The notes: a model not told the origin generated them from the sequence alone. A stretch of 64,000 nt of DNA from Rariglobus sp. (GCA_035493815.1 DATJHQ010000019.1:15054-79053), one strand, 5' to 3'. Positions 20,496-30,368 are shown, counted from the first letter of the stretch. Made by a program: numbers and translations.

Positions 20496-21701
20496 CTAGG
20501 GTTTGGCGGCAGATTTTTCGGCTGATTTGGATTCCGAAGCCTGGGCTGTTTCAACCGTCTTGGCCGGTTCCTTTTTCGGTTCGGGCTTCGGCACCGGCTC
20601 AAAGAAATCGTCGGGCTTCGCAGGCAATCCGGTAAAAATGTAATCACCCACCTTGAACGCGCATTTCTTCATGATCGCATTCACCGGGTCGCTCGCATCC
20701 GAACTCTCCACGGTGACAAACACCGGCCCGGCGGGAATCGTCTTGGTGACAGGGCCACCCGTCACCTTGGCCGGACCTTCCTTGTCGGCCGTAACCTTGT
20801 CCTTGCCGACCACCGATCCCACCACCGCCTCAGGTCCGCTGGTCGCGGGTTTTGCCTCCGGATCGGCAGCCACGATCTTCTCAGGCTCCCGTCCCAGATT
20901 GATGGTGACTGTCTTTCCCGCGAACGTGCTCACCGTGGCCGTGCGGAAGTGTGCACGGGCACCCACAGCCTGGGGATCGTTAAGCTCGGTCGTATCGGTG
21001 AATCGCAAACCGCCAAGACTGCCGAGCAGGCTGGTGACCGTCGCTTCCTTCAACTGTTTGCCGTCGGGAAGTTTTTCGGCGGTGAACGACTCTCCTTTTT
21101 TCGCGCGAACGAAAACTACCGGCGAAGCATCGGGGAAGGTCAACGAGACCTTGGCGACTTCATCGGCGCTGAAATGCGTGAGTTCGCTGTTCGCCCAGTT
21201 TTTCGGCTCGGTGTCGATCCACGCACTGATCGGCGCGAGATAAACCTTCGGCTCGTCGTTGAAGCACAGGAAGCGGCCGCCACCTTCGGCGTATTTTCCG
21301 ATGGTGATTTCGACCAGCGGATGATCCGACGCGTCCAGCAGGGCGACTTTCGTGTCCTTCAATTCCAGATTCTCGATGCGCTTGGGATTACTCGTCACGA
21401 AGCGATCAATCTTGGCGTTGGCCAGATCCTGCACGAAACGCGCAAGCTTGGAAAAATCCGCCGGTAGGTCGTGGTAGGAAACGACGATCCAGGAGTCCCC
21501 CTGCTTTTTCAGAAGCACGGTTTTTCCTTTGTCAGTGAGCCGAACGGCGGCGGCTTTGTTGACGGTGTCGGAAGCGATCAACGGCTGGTGCACGCGCGGA
21601 TCGGCTTCGTCCGCGGGCGGATTTTTTTTGTTCAGCACAAGGCTGATCCCCGAAAGGACCGCGAGGATACCGACGACCAACAGAATGTTTTTTAGCTTCA
21701 T
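20496..21701 (-). CDS. DUF4340-like periplasmic protein associated with the GldG-type ABC system
   Basis: 401 aa. N-terminal TM/signal anchor (ILLVVGILAVLSGISLVL), beta-rich repeats and a Lys/Pro/Glu-rich C-terminal tail. It lies immediately downstream of the GldG-like gene, which is the usual DUF4340 position. Confidence 0.5.
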   Translation of the reverse strand: MKLKNILLVVGILAVLSGISLVLNKKNPPADEADPRVHQPLIASDTVNKAAAVRLTDKGKTVLLKKQGDSWIVVSYHDLPADFSKLARFVQDLANAKIDRFVTSNPKRIENLELKDTKVALLDASDHPLVEITIGKYAEGGGRFLCFNDEPKVYLAPISAWIDTEPKNWANSELTHFSADEVAKVSLTFPDASPVVFVRAKKGESFTAEKLPDGKQLKEATVTSLLGSLGGLRFTDTTELNDPQAVGARAHFRTATVSTFAGKTVTINLGREPEKIVAADPEAKPATSGPEAVVGSVVGKDKVTADKEGPAKVTGGPVTKTIPAGPVFVTVESSDASDPVNAIMKKCAFKVGDYIFTGLPAKPDDFFEPVPKPEPKKEPAKTVETAQASESKSAEKSAAKP

Positions 21702-21731
21702 GGCTGGGCTGCGAAGAATGGAAACAGGGGT

Positions 21732-23609
21732 TTAGCGGCGGCGGGCCCGGTAAAACCAGAGACCGAAGACACCGACCAGCAACGGAGTGGCGAGCAGGTT
21801 GAGCAGGAGCAGACGGTTCCCGAGCGCGTCGATACCCACGCGCAGGGCTAGGCGAATCTCGCGGCGCTGCTCGCGCATCGAGGCCTCCTGTTCCTGAAAC
21901 TCGCGAATGGTTTTTTGCACTTCTGGCGTCGCGATGAGGCGACCTCCGTCGGTCTGCTTGCTCTGGATCGCGCTCAACTTCGACTGTGTGTCGGCGATGC
22001 GTGTTTCGAGTGCGTCGAGCTGTTCCTGGTATTTCTGCTGTGCCTCGTTTTCCATTTTGGTGACGACGGTGAAGGGACGCAGCGCGTTGCCCTTGCCGCG
22101 TATGGAGATGAGGTCCGGAGAACCGGCGAGAAACTCCACGGCGTTGCTGGCGAACGCCAGATTGTCATTGAGCGGCTCGGCTCCCTGCGTGCCGAGGAAG
22201 TTGACCTTGCGCACGCTGTAGTCGTCGAGGAGCCAGTCGGTGTCGGCGGCGAGGATCACCGTCGAGGAGGTCTTCGACTCCTTCAGGCTGGCCGGCCCCT
22301 TGTTGAGTTCGGGAAAGGGATTGGCTTTTTTGTCGGCCTCAGTCTTTGGCATTCCGTCGGGGAATGCGGTCTTGAACTTGCCCGTGAGCATGGCCGCGAG
22401 AGTGCGTTTGCCCGAGGGAAGGATCTGCTTGGCGATGTCGTCGGGCGGCAGCATCTGCAACGTGGTCGCCATGACGGTGCCGCTCTTGCCGGACGTTTCG
22501 GCCAGCTTGGTTACGGTCACGCCGGGTTCGTCGGTGATGGTGAAACTGCCCGGCTCGATGAAGAGCAACGACTGGAGCTGCGCGGTGGGGAGCGCCTTGG
22601 CGCTCAGGTTGTCGGGCCCGAGGGAAATCCATGTCGGCAGACGCGTAACGATGCCGCCCGCACCTGTCTGAACCTGCGTCGCGTTATCAGGATCACCGAC
22701 CACGTTGTGCTCATCGAAAGAGACTCCATAGGCCTTGAATAAGTCGGGCAGCTCGCTCGAGACGTCACGAGCGCCCCCGCCAAACATGGCGGCTTGTCCG
22801 CCGCGCGCCTTGAAATACTGCGAGGAAGGATCGACCGCGACGAAGACCGGCTTCCCCGCGAGAATGAACTGGTCGATCGCATACTGAAGTTTTTGCGACA
22901 TCGCCTGCGGATGGATGATCGCGAGCGCATCGAGATGTTCGGGCAGTGCATCGGCCGAATTTTGAACAGGCACCAGATCAAAGGTCCGCGCCCATTCCTT
23001 GGCGATGAGCTGCCCCGAATCGGGGGCCTGCTGCATCATCATGGGATTATAGGGCGGCGCCTGTAACGGGAGACTTGTGATGAGGCCGAGTTTTTTGCGA
23101 TCCGTGCGCTGCACACTGTCGATCAACTGCGAGAGATCGTATTCGAGAAACGACTCGCGCTGCGGAGTGAACGCCGGAATCGCTTTTTGTTGGTCCGCCT
23201 GAATCGCGACGAGACCGAAGTAAACCGCCTCGCCGGAACCGGGTGCGCGCTGCGACTCGAGCCCGGCGGCCGTGGCATGCTCCTCTTCCGGCGTGTCCGT
23301 CTTTGGATTGATGACCTTGAGGGATAGGCGGCCGTTCGAGGCGCGCACGTATTGGCGCAACATCTCCTGCACGCGGGCGGCGAAATTCACATAGGCGACC
23401 GGCAGGCCGGGCACGTCCTTGGAAAAATAAAAGTTCAGCGTGATCGGCTCGTTGATCTTGCCGAGCAGTGACTTGGTGCCCGGCGAGAGCGTATAAATCT
23501 GATCCGCAGTCGCGTCGATGCGCACGGGCAGTTGCGAGGCGAGGTAGTTGACCAGCACGAGGCCGACGAAGAGGAGGACGATGACAACAGTTTTGCTTCC
23601 GAATTTCAT
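21732..23609 (-). CDS. GldG-family auxiliary component of an ABC-type uncharacterised transport system
   Basis: 625 aa. N-terminal TM (VVIVLLFVGLVLVNYL), a large periplasmic domain, a coiled-coil, and a C-terminal TM (LLATPLLVGVFGLWFY). Encoded directly after the ABC-2 permease and ATPase. Confidence 0.6.
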   Translation of the reverse strand: MKFGSKTVVIVLLFVGLVLVNYLASQLPVRIDATADQIYTLSPGTKSLLGKINEPITLNFYFSKDVPGLPVAYVNFAARVQEMLRQYVRASNGRLSLKVINPKTDTPEEEHATAAGLESQRAPGSGEAVYFGLVAIQADQQKAIPAFTPQRESFLEYDLSQLIDSVQRTDRKKLGLITSLPLQAPPYNPMMMQQAPDSGQLIAKEWARTFDLVPVQNSADALPEHLDALAIIHPQAMSQKLQYAIDQFILAGKPVFVAVDPSSQYFKARGGQAAMFGGGARDVSSELPDLFKAYGVSFDEHNVVGDPDNATQVQTGAGGIVTRLPTWISLGPDNLSAKALPTAQLQSLLFIEPGSFTITDEPGVTVTKLAETSGKSGTVMATTLQMLPPDDIAKQILPSGKRTLAAMLTGKFKTAFPDGMPKTEADKKANPFPELNKGPASLKESKTSSTVILAADTDWLLDDYSVRKVNFLGTQGAEPLNDNLAFASNAVEFLAGSPDLISIRGKGNALRPFTVVTKMENEAQQKYQEQLDALETRIADTQSKLSAIQSKQTDGGRLIATPEVQKTIREFQEQEASMREQRREIRLALRVGIDALGNRLLLLNLLATPLLVGVFGLWFYRARRR

Positions 23610-23628
23610 GGCGGGCGGAGGCGATGGA

Positions 23629-24351
23629 TTAGCGTTCGAGGGCGACGACGTTGAGGAACAGCGTGAAGCCGGTCAGAGAGAGAAAGAAGAGGACGTCTTT
23701 GGGATCGATGATGCCCTTGGTGAAGGCCTCGAAGTGCGTCGTGAAACTGAAGTTGGCCAGCAGATCGACCGCCCATGTCGGCAGCACCGCGCCGAGCACG
23801 CCGTTGAAGACACTCCAGCCAAGGAAAACGAGCACCAGGCAGCCGAGCACGCTCAGCACAAAACTGATAACCTGGTTTTTAGTAAGCGCCGAGGTGAGCG
23901 AGCACACGCCGAGATAGGAACCCGCCATGAGAATGCTCCCGAGATAACTGCTCGCGATCACACCCCAATCGGGATGACCGAGATAGCCCACGGTGATCGC
24001 CATCGGAAAACTGAGCAGGATCGCCAGTGTAAGAAACGCCCATGCCGCGAAAAACTTTCCGAGCACCGCCTCGAGCGTGGTGATCGGCAGCGTGAACAAC
24101 AGCTCCACCGCGCCGGTGCGTTTCTCCTCCGACCACAACCGCATGCCGGCGGCCGGAATCAGGAAAAGAAACAGCCACGGATGAAACACGAAGTAGCTGT
24201 CGAGCGACGCGAGGTTGGCCTTGAAAAAGTTGCCCACGAAAAAGGCGAGGCCGACCGACGCCATCAGGAAGACGATCAGGAAAACATAGGCCACCGGAGA
24301 GCGGAAGTAGCCAAGGAATTCTCGTTTGAAGACAGGAGTTATCTGGGACAT
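23629..24351 (-). CDS. ABC-2 type transporter permease (GldF-like)
   Basis: 240 aa with about six hydrophobic helices. It sits between the ABC ATPase and the GldG-like gene. Confidence 0.7.
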   Translation of the reverse strand: MSQITPVFKREFLGYFRSPVAYVFLIVFLMASVGLAFFVGNFFKANLASLDSYFVFHPWLFLFLIPAAGMRLWSEEKRTGAVELLFTLPITTLEAVLGKFFAAWAFLTLAILLSFPMAITVGYLGHPDWGVIASSYLGSILMAGSYLGVCSLTSALTKNQVISFVLSVLGCLVLVFLGWSVFNGVLGAVLPTWAVDLLANFSFTTHFEAFTKGIIDPKDVLFFLSLTGFTLFLNVVALER

Positions 24352-24388
24352 CGAAGAATGGGTTTTCGATTGCGGATGCTAAAGCTGG

Positions 24389-24417
24389 CCGGATCACGCG
24401 TGCGCCGCGCGATCCGG
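24389..24417 (-). other. GC-rich intercistronic hairpin between the ABC ATPase and permease genes
   Basis: CCGGATCACGCG-TGCGC-CGCGCGATCCGG (11 of 12 arm positions pair). No T-run follows on the coding (minus) strand. Confidence 0.5.
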
Positions 24418-24431
24418 TAAAAACGCCGCGC

Positions 24432-25154
24432 TCACACGTCGGATTGCGTGAGGCTGCGGAAAATCTCGTCGAGGCGCGCGCCGGGCTTGCGGGCGGCAAA
24501 CTGCGCCGGCGTCTCGTCCACCACGACCTTGCCGCGATTGATGATGATGACACGGGTGCAGATCGCCTCCACCTCCTCGAGGATGTGGGTTGAAAGCACG
24601 ACGGCTTTTTCGGCGGCCATGTTCTTGATGAGCGAACGCACCTCGTTCTTTTGATTCGGATCGAGCCCGTCGGTCGGCTCGTCGAGGATCAGCACGGGCG
24701 GATCGTGAAGCAGGGCCTGCGCGAAGCCCACACGCTGTTTGTAGCCCTTGGAAAGGGTCTCGATGGTCTGCGCGCGCACAGACTCCAGCTGCGTAAGCGC
24801 GAGTGCACGATTCACCTTGGTCTGCCGCTCTTCGTGCGAACGGAAGCCGCGGCACTCGGCGATGAAGCGCAGGAACTCCTCCACGGTCATTTCCCCGTAG
24901 GCGGGTGCGCTCTCCGGGAGGTAGCCGATACGGCGTTTCACCGCCACGGGGTCCTGAGTGACATCATGGCCGTCCACGACAGCCGTGCCCTCGGTGGGAC
25001 TGAGAAATCCGGTGATCATCTTCATCGTGGTGGATTTTCCCGCGCCGTTGGGCCCGAGAAATCCGAGGATGTCGCCGCGTTTTACGCTGAAGCTCACGCC
25101 GTCGACGGCGCGCTTCGAGCCATAGGTTTTCGCCAGTTTTTTTACTTCAATCAT
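24432..25154 (-). CDS. ABC transporter ATP-binding protein (GldA-like)
   Basis: Trimmed to ATG 25154 (MIEVKKLAKTYGS). Walker A GPNGAGKST, signature LSKGYKQR, Walker B VLILDEPTDGLD. Confidence 0.9.
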   Translation of the reverse strand: MIEVKKLAKTYGSKRAVDGVSFSVKRGDILGFLGPNGAGKSTTMKMITGFLSPTEGTAVVDGHDVTQDPVAVKRRIGYLPESAPAYGEMTVEEFLRFIAECRGFRSHEERQTKVNRALALTQLESVRAQTIETLSKGYKQRVGFAQALLHDPPVLILDEPTDGLDPNQKNEVRSLIKNMAAEKAVVLSTHILEEVEAICTRVIIINRGKVVVDETPAQFAARKPGARLDEIFRSLTQSDV

Positions 25155-25271
25155 GTGGGGGACATGACCCGAAAATGGGAACAGGTCAGATCCCGTGGGA
25201 AAACGATCGGACGGGAAATGTTCCCGATCTTTTTCTCGAATTTCCAATTTTTCCGATTCGATATTCTTTCA

Positions 25272-26156
25272 CTATGACTGCCCAACGCGACCACTCATCC
25301 GATATTCCGTCGGTGTCTTTGTCGTGCGCCGTTTGAACACGTGGCAAAAATAGCTGGTGTCACGAAAGCCGCAGCTCGCGGCGACTTCGTCGATGGTATG
25401 CTGGTGGCTTTTGAGCAGAAACATCGCACGCTCCATGCGCACCTGGGCGAGAAAATCATTGAAACGCATGCCGCCGCCCTGCCGCTGGAAAAGCCGCGAG
25501 ACGTGGTTGGGCGCTATGCAAAAATGCCGCGCCACCGACTCGCGTGTGATCGGAAAGGAGAAATTCTGCTGCACATAAAGGCAGATGCTTTCAAAGGTGT
25601 AGACCGCCTTGCCGGGCTTCGGCGATGCGGTGCTCAGCAACGACTCCAGACAGCACTCCACCAACGCCTGCACGAGCGGCGTCAGCGGGCGACTCCAGCC
25701 CTTCAGTCCCATCAAGCCACGCAGGGTATCCGCCAATGGTCCGTTCATCGCATTAAGCAGATGATTCTTAACAACCACATCGGACTCGTTGGCCCGCCCC
25801 GAATGCTGCACGAGGCTTATGCCGATGTGTTTTTTCCCGAAGAGAAAATGGAAAACCTGCACCGGCTTCGACCACGTCGGCTTGTTCCAGCAATTGGGCG
25901 GAATAAAAACCGCCTCGCCCGGTCGCACGCAGATCGTCTGGACCTCACCATCCTGCTCCACCTCCATCACATCCTCTCCGGAGATAGGCATGGAAATGCG
26001 GGGAAAGTTGACTGCATACGCCAGTGCGGGCGCGGTGACTCCGCCTCCCGCCACATAAATCTTGGCGAGGCTCTTCTTATCCAAAAACGCGGTCAGTTTC
26101 TGAATGATTTGGGGGTCGGGCATCGGGGTAGCATAATCTAAGCAGAAGCTCTTCAC
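25272..26156 (-). CDS. AraC-family transcriptional regulator (cupin-like N-terminal domain + HTH)
   Basis: C-terminal AraC HTH (IDEVAASCGFRDTSYFCHVFKRRTTKTPTEYR). The longest ORF starts at GTG 26156; an alternative ATG lies at 26123. Confidence 0.85.
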   Translation of the reverse strand: MKSFCLDYATPMPDPQIIQKLTAFLDKKSLAKIYVAGGGVTAPALAYAVNFPRISMPISGEDVMEVEQDGEVQTICVRPGEAVFIPPNCWNKPTWSKPVQVFHFLFGKKHIGISLVQHSGRANESDVVVKNHLLNAMNGPLADTLRGLMGLKGWSRPLTPLVQALVECCLESLLSTASPKPGKAVYTFESICLYVQQNFSFPITRESVARHFCIAPNHVSRLFQRQGGGMRFNDFLAQVRMERAMFLLKSHQHTIDEVAASCGFRDTSYFCHVFKRRTTKTPTEYRMSGRVGQS

Positions 26157-26171
26157 CGAAACAGCTAATGT

Positions 26172-26192
26172 TACATTTTTAATATGAATGTA
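26172..26192. promoter_or_regulatory. Candidate operator: inverted repeat in the AraC/GH130 divergent intergenic region
   Basis: TACATT-N9-AATGTA inside an AT-rich stretch (26165-26205) between the divergent genes. Confidence 0.25.
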
Positions 26193-26273
26193 TCATTTAA
26201 AAACTTTGGGGTCCGGCCGGGCCCGACCTAGCTTTTGATCACTCCATCCTTTCCCCGAATAGACGCCCATTTT

Positions 26274-27410
26274 ATGCCCCCCCTGCTCAAACTCGTCTCC
26301 TGCGTCGCCATGTGCGTCGCGTTCATTCCCACGGCCACCGTGCGGGCCGACACAAATTCCACCGACTGGACCATGGGACCATTCGTCCGGCCGCCCGACG
26401 CCCAGCCCATCATCAAGCCGAATCCCGATTCGGTCTTCGATTGCCCGATGCGCAAGATGCCCGTGCACTGGGAAGCCCCCCATACCTTTAATCCCGCCGC
26501 CATCGTCAAAGACGGCAAAGTCTGGGTGCTTTACCGCGCCGAAGACGACATCGGCAAAGGCATCGGCGGCTACACGTCCCGCCTCGGCCTTGCGTCCAGC
26601 GAGGACGGCATCCACTTCACATCTCAGCGCGCGCCGGTGCTCTATCCGGCCGAGGATGGACACCAGTCTGCCGACTGGGAAGGCGGTTGCGAAGATCCGC
26701 GCATCGTCGAACTCGAAGACGGCACCTACGCCCTCTTCTACACCCAATATCACCGCATCAAAGGCGAACCGCGCCGCACCACGCTCGGCCTGGCCACCTC
26801 CCGCGATCTCGTTCACTGGACCAAGCAAGGCACGGTTCAAGGCCCCGACGCCAAAGGGAAACTGGTAACCCCGTCCAAGTCCGCCTCCCTCCTCACCGCG
26901 GTGAAGGACGGCCGTGTCATCGCCGCCAAAATCGACGGCAAATACTGGCTCTATTACGGCGAAGGCACGATTTATCTCCTCACCTCGCCCGATTTGAAAA
27001 CGTGGACGCCCGTCCCGAATTTCTCATTGAGAACCCGCCCGGGCCACTACGACAGCGGCCTTGCCGAATGCGGCCCACCCGCGCTGCTCACCGCCAATGG
27101 CATCGTGCTTCTTTACAACGGCAAGAATGCCGGCGGCGAAAAAAGCGACCCGAAGCTGAAGCCCGGTGTTTACGCCGGCGGGCAGGCGCTCTTCGACGCC
27201 AAGGATCCGACCAAGCTGCTCGCCCGCACCGACGAGCCGTTTTTTCAACCGGAACTCGACTGGGAAAAAAACGGCCAATACGCCGCCGGCACCACCTTCA
27301 TCGAAGGACTCGTGCTCTTTAAAAACAAATGGCTCCTCTACTACGGATGCGCCGACACGTTCGTCGGAGTCGCCATCGCCCAACCTAAACCCGCCGAGCT
27401 CCGTCCGTAA
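26274..27410 (+). CDS. Glycoside hydrolase family 130 protein (beta-mannoside hydrolase/phosphorylase family), secreted
   Basis: Trimmed to ATG 26274 (signal peptide MPPLLKLVSCVAMCVAFIPTATVRA). GH130-like blocks FNPAAIVKDGKVWVLYRAED, GCEDPRIVELEDGTYALFYTQY and WLLYYGCADT. Confidence 0.75.
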   Translation: MPPLLKLVSCVAMCVAFIPTATVRADTNSTDWTMGPFVRPPDAQPIIKPNPDSVFDCPMRKMPVHWEAPHTFNPAAIVKDGKVWVLYRAEDDIGKGIGGYTSRLGLASSEDGIHFTSQRAPVLYPAEDGHQSADWEGGCEDPRIVELEDGTYALFYTQYHRIKGEPRRTTLGLATSRDLVHWTKQGTVQGPDAKGKLVTPSKSASLLTAVKDGRVIAAKIDGKYWLYYGEGTIYLLTSPDLKTWTPVPNFSLRTRPGHYDSGLAECGPPALLTANGIVLLYNGKNAGGEKSDPKLKPGVYAGGQALFDAKDPTKLLARTDEPFFQPELDWEKNGQYAAGTTFIEGLVLFKNKWLLYYGCADTFVGVAIAQPKPAELRP

Positions 27411-27448
27411 TTCGGCAGAGTTGATCGCGCCATCCAATCTCCACTCAC

Positions 27449-27479
27449 AAAGAGAGCCTTTCCGAAGGCTCTCTTTTTT
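27449..27479. terminator. Terminator hairpin between convergent GH130 and PTS genes
   Basis: AAAGAGAGCCTT-TCCG-AAGGCTCTCTTT followed by TTT on the + strand. It overlaps the stop codon (27478-27480) of the minus-strand PTS gene. Confidence 0.75.
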
Positions 27480-30018
27480 ATGCACGGACCGGTTGCGCGG
27501 CCAATCCCAGCTTTTCCGTCAGCAAGTCCAGCACCTCGCCGGCTGCGGTCGCCTGCTCGATGGCAGCCCGGAAATCGTCGTTCATCACCAACCGCGACAA
27601 ACGGGAAAATATCCGCATGTGCTCCTTGCCTTGGTCGGCCTCGCGAATCGCGAGCAGAATAGCCACCTTCACCTGCGCGCCATCGAGCGATCCCCATTCG
27701 ATTCCGGCGCGCATGCGCACGACGGCGATGGTATTGGCGGTGACATGCGCCGACTTGCAGTGCGGCACCGCAAAGCCGTAGCCAAACCCCGTCGAATAAG
27801 TTTCCTCGCGCGCCCACACGGCTTCCTCCACCGCGGCGGCATCCGTGGTCCGATCATCAAGCGCCAGCGCATCGGTCAGCTCCTTGATGACTTCGGCCTT
27901 CGAAGACGCCTCGGAATCAAGCGAGATCACCGCGCCCGAAATCAGGGACATGGCGGCGCCCGCGGAACGAAACTCGCGTATTTGTTTTTCCACGGCGGCG
28001 CGGTCCGCGCCGGCCAGCGACGCGTCGGCGAGCTCCTTGCATTCCCCCTCGCTGCAACGCGCCAGTCCGGCCTTGGCAGCCAGAATACGCGGCGCGCCCA
28101 TGCTCAGACTGTCGATTCCTATGCCCAACAAAAGCAGCTGGGCATCGGCCTGTTCGCCCATCTCACCGCACAGACCGATCGGCCGGCCGGCGGCATGCGC
28201 CCCGTCGATTGCAAATTTCAGAAAACGCAGAAACGCCGGATTCGTCCACGCCTGCAATCCGCTCACGCGCGGGTTGTCGCGATCGGCCGCAAAAAAATAC
28301 TGCGCGAGATCGTTGGTCCCGATGCTGAAAAAATCCGCCACGGCCGCCAGTTCGGCCAATGCCAGGACAGCCGACGGCACCTCAAGCATCATGCCCACGG
28401 ACACACCGGCGCCATCCGGCTCGCCGGCCGCGCGGAGCTCCGCGCGAACTTCGTCCACCAGCGCACGAAAACCACGCATCTCTTCGGGAGACGCGATCAT
28501 CGGCACCATGACTTTGAGCGCGCCATGCCTGGACGCGCGCAAAATGGCCCGCAGTTGCGTGCGCACCAAAACCGAAAATCCCGCATACAGGCGCACGCCG
28601 CGCACGCCGAGGAAGGGATTGGCTTCTTCGGGCAGCTGCAAATAAGGCACCGGTTTGTCCCCGCCGATATCGATGGTGCGGATGATGACCGGACGTCCCG
28701 CAGCCGCGCGGGCGGCGTCGGCATAAATCGCGTATTGCTCCTCCTCGGACGGCGCTTCGTCGCGGTCCATGTAAAGCATCTCGGTGCGGAAAAGTCCCAC
28801 GCCTTCGGCTCCCGCCTCGATGACCGCCGCCACCTCGCTTGCCGACGCGACATTGGCCATGATCGGCAATCGCCGGCCATCACGACTCGCGCCCGGCCGG
28901 TCGCGATAGATCGCCTCGACCTGGCGCAAGCGCTCCAGCTTGCGCATCTCCATCGCATAATAACGCCGCCCCGCGCTTTCGAGTTCGGCGATCAACAAGC
29001 CCCTGTGCCCATCGAGGACAACTTCCTGTCCATCCGTAAACCGCTCGATTTTTCCCACCCCGGTCAGCGTCGGGACGCCGAAAGAGCGCGCCAAAATCAC
29101 CGTGTGCGAAGTCACCCCCGCATGCGCCAGCACCAGACCGCGCAAGTGGCCGCGATCCAATGCAAGGAATTGCCCCGGCGTCAGACTCTCCGCCACCACG
29201 ATGGAGGGCGCCGTCAAAACCGGCGTAAGCGTCACCGCCGCCTTGCCGTAAAGCTGGGTGAGCAACCGGCCTGAAACATCCTGCAAATCCAACACCCGCT
29301 CGCGCAGGTAGGCGCTGCCGGCCTTGCGCAGCGTGACGGCGAATTCCTCCACGGCCGCGATCACCGCATCGCCCGCCGTGCGTTTCTTTTCCTTTAACAA
29401 TGCCTCGACCCGGGCCGCCAGCGACACATCGCGCAGGATCGCGGCATGCGCCTTCAGCACCTCGATCTGACGATTGTCCTTCGCGGTCACTATCTCGCGC
29501 TCAAAATCCGCGCGCAATGCCGCCACCGCGTCGCCGAATTTCTTCAACTCCTCGTCCGCCGCACCGGCGACAGGCATCACAAAATTTCGAGCGAGCGAAA
29601 GCCCGCCGACCCGCACCACGCGGGCTTGCGCCAATCCACGACACACCACGGTGCCGTGCTGATACACGCTGATACCCGCGGCTCTCAACGCCCGCGGCAA
29701 CGGCCGATCCACGGCAGGCGCCACGACTTCCGGCAAAGCCTCGTCACAATGCAAAAAATCCTCTCCCAAAAAACGCGTGAGTTCCTTGAACGCCTCCTCG
29801 GCGTCCGCCCCTTCCAGACGCAGCACGCACTCGTCACCCTCGTGGATGTCGGCCGCCACCAGAGAAAGCACGCTCTTCGCATCGGCTTCCGTCTGATTGC
29901 GCACGTTGACGATCAGCGCCTTCGCCTGAAACCGGCTCGCGACCGCCTCCAGGCAGCTGGCGGGACGCGCATGCAGCCCGTTGGTCAGGGGAAACACAAA
30001 GCGATGCTCACAAGCCAT
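27478..30018 (-). CDS. PTS multiphosphoryl transfer protein: HPr - Enzyme I - EIIA(Fru/Ntr type) fusion (FryA/PtsA-like)
   Basis: 846 aa. HPr active site GLHARPAS near the N-terminus, EI phospho-His region HAGVTSHTVILARSFGVPT and a PEP-utilising TIM-barrel region, and C-terminal EIIA type-2 FGYGFAVPHCK. Confidence 0.9.
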   Translation of the reverse strand: MACEHRFVFPLTNGLHARPASCLEAVASRFQAKALIVNVRNQTEADAKSVLSLVAADIHEGDECVLRLEGADAEEAFKELTRFLGEDFLHCDEALPEVVAPAVDRPLPRALRAAGISVYQHGTVVCRGLAQARVVRVGGLSLARNFVMPVAGAADEELKKFGDAVAALRADFEREIVTAKDNRQIEVLKAHAAILRDVSLAARVEALLKEKKRTAGDAVIAAVEEFAVTLRKAGSAYLRERVLDLQDVSGRLLTQLYGKAAVTLTPVLTAPSIVVAESLTPGQFLALDRGHLRGLVLAHAGVTSHTVILARSFGVPTLTGVGKIERFTDGQEVVLDGHRGLLIAELESAGRRYYAMEMRKLERLRQVEAIYRDRPGASRDGRRLPIMANVASASEVAAVIEAGAEGVGLFRTEMLYMDRDEAPSEEEQYAIYADAARAAAGRPVIIRTIDIGGDKPVPYLQLPEEANPFLGVRGVRLYAGFSVLVRTQLRAILRASRHGALKVMVPMIASPEEMRGFRALVDEVRAELRAAGEPDGAGVSVGMMLEVPSAVLALAELAAVADFFSIGTNDLAQYFFAADRDNPRVSGLQAWTNPAFLRFLKFAIDGAHAAGRPIGLCGEMGEQADAQLLLLGIGIDSLSMGAPRILAAKAGLARCSEGECKELADASLAGADRAAVEKQIREFRSAGAAMSLISGAVISLDSEASSKAEVIKELTDALALDDRTTDAAAVEEAVWAREETYSTGFGYGFAVPHCKSAHVTANTIAVVRMRAGIEWGSLDGAQVKVAILLAIREADQGKEHMRIFSRLSRLVMNDDFRAAIEQATAAGEVLDLLTEKLGLAAQPVRA

Positions 30019-30071
30019 GGTGGATATAAGAGAATCAAAAGCCGTTTTAAAAACAAACGGCCGACAAAGAA

Positions 30072-30368
30072 TCAGCCGGCTTTCGCGATGACGCCCTTGG
30101 GGTTCTTGATCGCCTCCTGCACGGGCACCTGAGTGACCTTCCGTCCGTCAAAGCGTTCACGTTGCTCCACCTCGATATCGACCGCAAAGATGATCACATC
30201 GGCGGCCTTGATCTCCGCATCGGAAAGCTCGTTTTCGATGCCCATGGCTCCCTGCGTCTCGACCTTGATTTTGTGCCCCAGAGCCTTGGCGGTTTTTTCA
30301 AGTTGCTCGGCGGCCATGTAGGTGTGGGCGATGCCGGTGGGACAGGCGGTGATGGCTACGATGTTCAT
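30072..30368 (-). CDS. PTS fructose-family EIIB component
   Basis: 98 aa. MNIVAITACPTGIAHTYMAAEQL carries the phospho-Cys CPTGIAHT motif. Confidence 0.9.
   Translation of the reverse strand: MNIVAITACPTGIAHTYMAAEQLEKTAKALGHKIKVETQGAMGIENELSDAEIKAADVIIFAVDIEVEQRERFDGRKVTQVPVQEAIKNPKGVIAKAG

Noticed and set aside
27166-29274. 702-aa plus-strand ORF opposite the PTS HPr-EI-EIIA gene.
   Set aside because: Arg/Pro/Gly-rich nonsense-like translation. The opposite strand carries unambiguous EI motifs.
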